Shown in pieces: positions 59,141 through 64,000 of a DNA stretch of 64,000 bases. Position numbers and translations under genes: made by a program. Below the pieces are notes generated by a model. The model had not been told where the DNA came from. It worked only from the letters and a program-made list of their open reading frames with translations, and did no database searches. Each line of letters opens with the position of its first letter. The first letter of the stretch is position 1. The stretch is taken from assembly GCF_963921235.1 (NCBI RefSeq), contig NC_086100.1:199084001-199148000 (forward strand), written 5' to 3'. This stretch comes from Mobula hypostoma (lineage: Eukaryota).

Positions 59141-61250
59141 ATTCCCTTGATTTCTTCATTATTCAGAGTAGGTCAGCAATTTGCTGTCTGGGGCCTCTGC
59201 CTCTTCTAAAACCAGCGTGTATGTCTGGCAGTTCTCATTCCATATATTGCTGGAGTCTTGCTTGCATGATCTTTAGCATTATCTTGATAGTGTGTGAAAT
59301 TGTTCAGTAATTTGAACATTCCTTTACATTTCCCTTCTTGGGATTGGGAAACTGATCTCATGGACTGTTACTTTGTGTTGAGTGATGCTATGAACTGTAC
59401 CATGTAGAGCTACTCAAGATGGACAGGTCATGGCGGAGAGGTCAGACTAAATATGGTGCACTGGAGAAGGAAATGGCAACCCAACCAGAGATATATGAGA
59501 ATGACACTGGAAGATGAGCCCCACAGGTCTGAAGGTACCCAACGTGCTAATGCGGAGGAATGGAGGACAAGTATAAGTTGTAATGACCTGGTTGGATTAA
59601 AGCCGAAAGGATGTCCAACTGCTGATGTGCCTGGAAATGGAAATGGAAAGAAGGTCTGATGTTGTAAAAGTTGCTACACCATGGGAACCTGGAATGTAAG
59701 ATCCATGTATCAGGGTAAACTAGATGTGGTCAAAAATGAGATGGCGAGACTAAACTTTGACATATTGGGAATTTGCGAACTAAAGTACACTGAAATGGGT
59801 CATTTTACATCAGACAATTTCTTCTGCTGTGGGCAGGAAACCTGCAGAAAGAATGGAGTGGCTTTAATTGTCAAAAAAAAAAGAATCAAAATCAGTGATT
59901 GGTACAACCCCAAAAATGATAGAGTGATGGCAATACGACTTCACGGCAAGCCTTTCAACATTACAGTGGTCCAAGTTTATGCTCCAACCACAGAAGCCAA
60001 AGAGGATGGAATTATCCAGTTGTGTTTTCTTTTTGAAGAATTGCAGCACTTCCTGGATATGACACCAAAAAAGGATGTTGTATTTGTCATTGGAGACTGG
60101 AATGCCAAAGTTGGAAATCACGGAACACCTGGAATAACGGTCAACTTTGGACTTGGAGTACGGAATGAAGCAGGACATCAACTGGTAGAATTTTGCCTAA
60201 TTAACTCTCTGGTGATAGCAAATACCCTCTTCCAACATCCTAAGAGGCAGCTCTATACATGGACATCACCAGACGGTCAACATTGAAACCAGATTGACTA
60301 TATACTTTGCAATCAGAGATGGAAGAGTTCTATACAGTCAGTTAAAACAAGACCAGGAGCAGATTGTGGCTCAGACCATGAGCTGCTTGTTGCAATGTTC
60401 AGAATAAAACTGAAGAGCATCAGGAGAACTAACCAGCAAAGTTTGATGTGATAGCATCCCTCAAGAATACGCTGTGGAGGTGAAAAACAGATTCAGTGGA
60501 TTAAACCTGGCAGAGAGAGAGCCAGAAGATCTATGGATAGAAGTAAGGAGCATCATACAAGAGGTGCCAACAAAAAATATTGCAAACAAAAAGAAGATCA
60601 GTAAAGCAAAATGGCTTTCTGCGGAGGCTCTACAAATGGCTGAGCAGCGAAGAGAAGTGAAGGCCAATGGAGATTGAAACAAATACCTCTGACTGAATGC
60701 AGATTTCAGGAAGATAGCAAGGAAAGATGAGGAAACTTACTTAAAGGATTAATGCAAAGAAGCTGAAGAAGCCAACAGAACTGGAAAAACAAGAGATCTA
60801 TTCAAGAGGATTAGAGAAATCATAGGAACATTTCATGCAAAAATGACTATAGTTAAAGACAAAGAAGGGAAGGACCTTACAGAAACAGACAACATCAAAA
60901 AGAGATGGCAGGAATACACAGAAGAATTGCACAGGAACGATCCCAACAGTGAAGACACCTGCAATGACTCCCTCATCGATCGGAGACGAGGTTCTGTGGG
61001 CGTGATATCTTGCCTCCCTGGGGCCGGATATTCTGGAAAGTGAAGTCGAATGGGCGATAGAAAACATTGTCAATAATAAGGCTGCAGGATGTGACAGGAT
61101 TCCAGCTGAATTGTTTAAAACTTTAAAAGGTGATGCTATAAAAGTGTTGCATGCAATTTGCCAGCAGATCTGGAAAACCCAACGATGGGCTTCAGAGTGG
61201 AAAAGATCAGTTTATATTCCAATTCCAAGAAGAGAAATGTAAAGGAATGT
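59140..61250 (+). mobile_element. RTE-BovB-like LINE (5'UTR, APE and start of RT; degenerate), with an inverted RT piece at about 59140-59358
   Basis: Encodes MGTWNVRSMYQGKLDVVKNEMARL..DILGICELK, GKPFNITVVQVYAPT, GDWNAKVG and LYTWTSPDGQH. 5' motif cactggagaaggaaatggcaacc. Confidence 0.88.
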
Positions 61251-61319
61251 GATGTCAGAGATAGGGTTTTTAATACAGAAAATGGTGGGTGTATGGAACA
61301 AGCTGCCATGGGTGAGTAG

Positions 61320-62410
61320 GGCAGTCCACATCAGGAGTGCGTAAAAAGAGCTACCTTTCAGTCAGGTCCCTGTTCAAGATTTAAAGAAGCAGAGCTTTGC
61401 ACTGATTTTTCTCTGAGTTCAGGGGTGCATAGAAAGAGCTACCTTTTAATCAGGACAGCGATGGAGATTTTAAAGGCAGTGAGGTTCACGGTAGTTTCTC
61501 TGAGCTGAGGTGTGACCAATCAGCAAGAAGGATTCATTAGAAAGGCCCAAGAAAAATAATTCAAGTGCAAGTGGAGCGTTCACTCTTTAGGAGTGTGCCA
61601 GTCTTTAGAGTGGCTTTGGCTCATTAGGCTTGGGTGAGGTAGATTGTCTTGTGAGTTGCTCTCTGTTCTTATTTGTTCATTCCTCGTCCATTAGGATATA
61701 AGTAGTTTAATGAGAATGGCTCCAGATGCAGTATTTTGTACTCTGCGTGGGATGTGGGAAGTCTGGGAGACTGGAGATCTCCCAGATAAACACATCTGCA
61801 CCAAGTGCACCAAGCTGCAGCTCCTGAGAGAATGGATGTAGGAACTGGAACTGCAGCTCGATGACATTGGACTTGTATGGAGAATGAGATGATAGAAGCT
61901 ACAGGGAGGTAGCCATCCCTAGGTTGCTGGAGACGGGTAACTGGGTGACTGTCAGGAGAAGGATGGGAGATGCACAGCCAGTGCCGAGTACACCTGTAGC
62001 CGTTCCCTCAAACTTTAGATACTATTGAGGGGTACGACCTACCGGGGAGTAGCCACAGTGACCGGGTCGCTGGCACTGAGTCTGGTGCTGTGGCTCAGAA
62101 GAGCAGAGAGGTGAACAGGAGTGCAGTGTTGACAGGAGATTCCATAGTTAGAGGAACAGAGATGAGGTTCTGTGGACATGATATCTTGCCTCCCGGTGCC
62201 AGGATCAGGGATGTCTTGGATCAGGTCCATGGCGTTCTCATGGGTGAGGGTGAGCAGTCAGAAGTCTTGGTGCATGTTGGCACCAATGACATAGACAAGG
62301 TGAGGAGGTCCTGAAAAGAGATTTTAGAGAGCTAGGGAGCAAGCTGAGAAACAGGACCTCCAGGGTAGTAATCTCTGAAATGCTGCCTGTGTGATGTGCC
62401 AGTGAGGGCT
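61320..62410 (+). mobile_element. CR1 5' region with degenerate ORF1 (zinc finger + SGNH esterase)
   Basis: Encodes HICTKCTKLQLL, VLTGDSIVRG, PGARIRDV and VHVGTNDI. Confidence 0.8.
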
Positions 62411-62641
62411 ACTGAGGTGACTTTAAACTAGAATGGTTGGGGGCTGGGAAGCAAATTAAAGAGGCTAGGCGAGAGGAGGTTAGTTCACAACAGGGGGATG
62501 GGAACCAGTGCAGAGAGACAGAGGGGTGTAAAATGAGAGGAGAAGAGTAAAAGTGGCAGGCCGACAAATCCAGGGCAAGCATTAAAAAGGGCCACTTTTC
62601 AACATAATTGTATAAGGGCTAAGAGAGTTGTAAAAGAGCGC

Positions 62642-64000
62642 CTGAAGGCTTTGTGTGTCAATGCAAGGAGCATTTGTAACAAGGTGGATGAATTGAAAGT
62701 GCAGATTGTTATTAATGATTATGATATGGTTGGGATCACAGAGACATGGCTCCAGGGTGACCAAGGATGGGAGCTCAACGTTCAGGGATATTCAATATTC
62801 AGGAGGGATAGACATGAAAGAAAAGGAGGTGGGGTGGCGTTGCTGGTTAATGATGAGATTAACGCAATAGAAAGGAAGGACATAAGCCGGGAAGATATGG
62901 AATCGATACGGGTAGAGCTGCATAACACTAAGGGGCAGAAAACACTGGTGGGAGTTGTGTACAGGCCACCTAACAGTAGTAGTGAGGTCGGAGATGGTAT
63001 TAAACAGGAAATTAGGAATGTGTGCAATAAAGGAACAGCAGTTATAATGGGTGACTTCAAACTACATGTAGATTGGGTGAACCAAATTGGTAAAGGTGCT
63101 GAGGAAGAGGATTTCTTGGAATGTATGCGGGATGGTTTTTTGAACCAACATGTCGAGGAACCAACTAGAGAGCAGGCTATTTTAGACTGGGTTTTGAGCA
63201 ATGAGGAAGGGTTAATTAGCAATCTTGTCGTGAGAGACCCCTTGGGTAAGAGTGATCATAATATGGTGGAATTCTTCATTAAGATGGAGAGTGACATAGT
63301 TAATTCAGAAACAAAGGTTCTGAACTTAAAGAGGGGTAACTTTGAAGGTATGAGACGTGAATTAGCTAAGATAGACTGGCAAATGACACTTAAAGGATTG
63401 ACGGTGGATATGCAATCGCAAGCATTTAAAGATTGCATGGATGAACTACAACAATTGTTCATCCCAGTTTGGCAAAAGAATAAATCAAGGAAGGTAGTGC
63501 ACCTGTGGCTGACAAGAGAAATTAGGGATAGTATCAATTCCAAAGAAGAAGCATACAAATTAGCCAGAAAAAGTGGCTCACCTGAGGACTGGGAGAAATT
63601 CAGAGTTCAGCAGAGGAGGACAAAGGGCTTAATTAGGAAGGGGAAAAAAGATTATGAGAGAAAACTGGCAGGGAACATAAAAACTGACTGTAAAAGCTTT
63701 TATAGATATGTAAAAAGGAAAAGACTGGTAAAGACAAATGTAGGTCCCCTACAGACAGAAACAGGTGAATTGATTATGGGGAGCAAGGACATGGCAGACC
63801 AATTGAATAATTACTTTGGTTCTGTCTTCACTAAGGAGGACATAAATAATCTTCCAGAAATAGTAGGGGACAGAGGGTCCAGTGAGATGGAGGAACTGAG
63901 CAAAATACATGTTAGTAGGGAAGTGGTGTTAGGTAAATTGAAGGGATTAAAGGCAGATAAATCCCCAGGCCCAGATGGTCTGCATCCCAGAGTGCTTAAG
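62642..64000 (+). CDS. CR1 ORF2 (APE endonuclease onward), open to the window end
   Basis: Hand translation gives 453 stop-free codons: NARSICNK, ITETWL, GGGVALL, VYRPP, GDFK, SDHN, KSPGPDGLHPRVLK. Absent from the ORF track because there is no stop in the window. Confidence 0.9.
   Translation, partial: MKALCVNARSICNKVDELKVQIVINDYDMVGITETWLQGDQGWELNVQGYSIFRRDRHERKGGGVALLVNDEINAIERKDISREDMESIRVELHNTKGQKTLVGVVYRPPNSSSEVGDGIKQEIRNVCNKGTAVIMGDFKLHVDWVNQIGKGAEEEDFLECMRDGFLNQHVEEPTREQAILDWVLSNEEGLISNLVVRDPLGKSDHNMVEFFIKMESDIVNSETKVLNLKRGNFEGMRRELAKIDWQMTLKGLTVDMQSQAFKDCMDELQQLFIPVWQKNKSRKVVHLWLTREIRDSINSKEEAYKLARKSGSPEDWEKFRVQQRRTKGLIRKGKKDYERKLAGNIKTDCKSFYRYVKRKRLVKTNVGPLQTETGELIMGSKDMADQLNNYFGSVFTKEDINNLPEIVGDRGSSEMEELSKIHVSREVVLGKLKGLKADKSPGPDGLHPRVLK

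Noticed and set aside
1..64000. CRISPR arrays, operons or prokaryotic defence systems
   Set aside because: Vertebrate intron-exon and TE landscape, with no repeat-spacer arrays or prokaryotic gene density.

Overview
Eukaryotic (vertebrate) DNA, most likely from a cartilaginous fish such as a batoid ray. This is inferred from the repeat landscape: HE1/V-SINE-like SINEs, CR1, Rex-Babar, Neptune-type Penelope, L1, RTE-BovB, Tc1, hAT and Harbinger elements. The window holds the promoter and the first 13 exons (+ strand) of an ALMS1 (Alstrom syndrome protein 1) orthologue. I reconstructed these by hand: all splice phases are compatible and the joined CDS is 5689 nt (1896 codons + 1 nt). The C-terminal ALMS-motif exons lie beyond the window, and the mammalian 47-aa tandem repeat block is absent. 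Introns are mostly nested transposons. The most notable signals are: (1) a young Penelope-like element with an open RT/GIY-YIG frame and an intact minimal hammerhead ribozyme, sense to the ALMS1 pre-mRNA; (2) about a dozen dispersed hammerhead-tail remnants, several as inverted or twin-primed insertions next to exons; (3) a BovB-like RTE; (4) an L1 with an in-frame duplication of the YADD region; (5) a sequence module shared by a Harbinger and a hAT element. Homology calls come from recalled motifs, not database searches.
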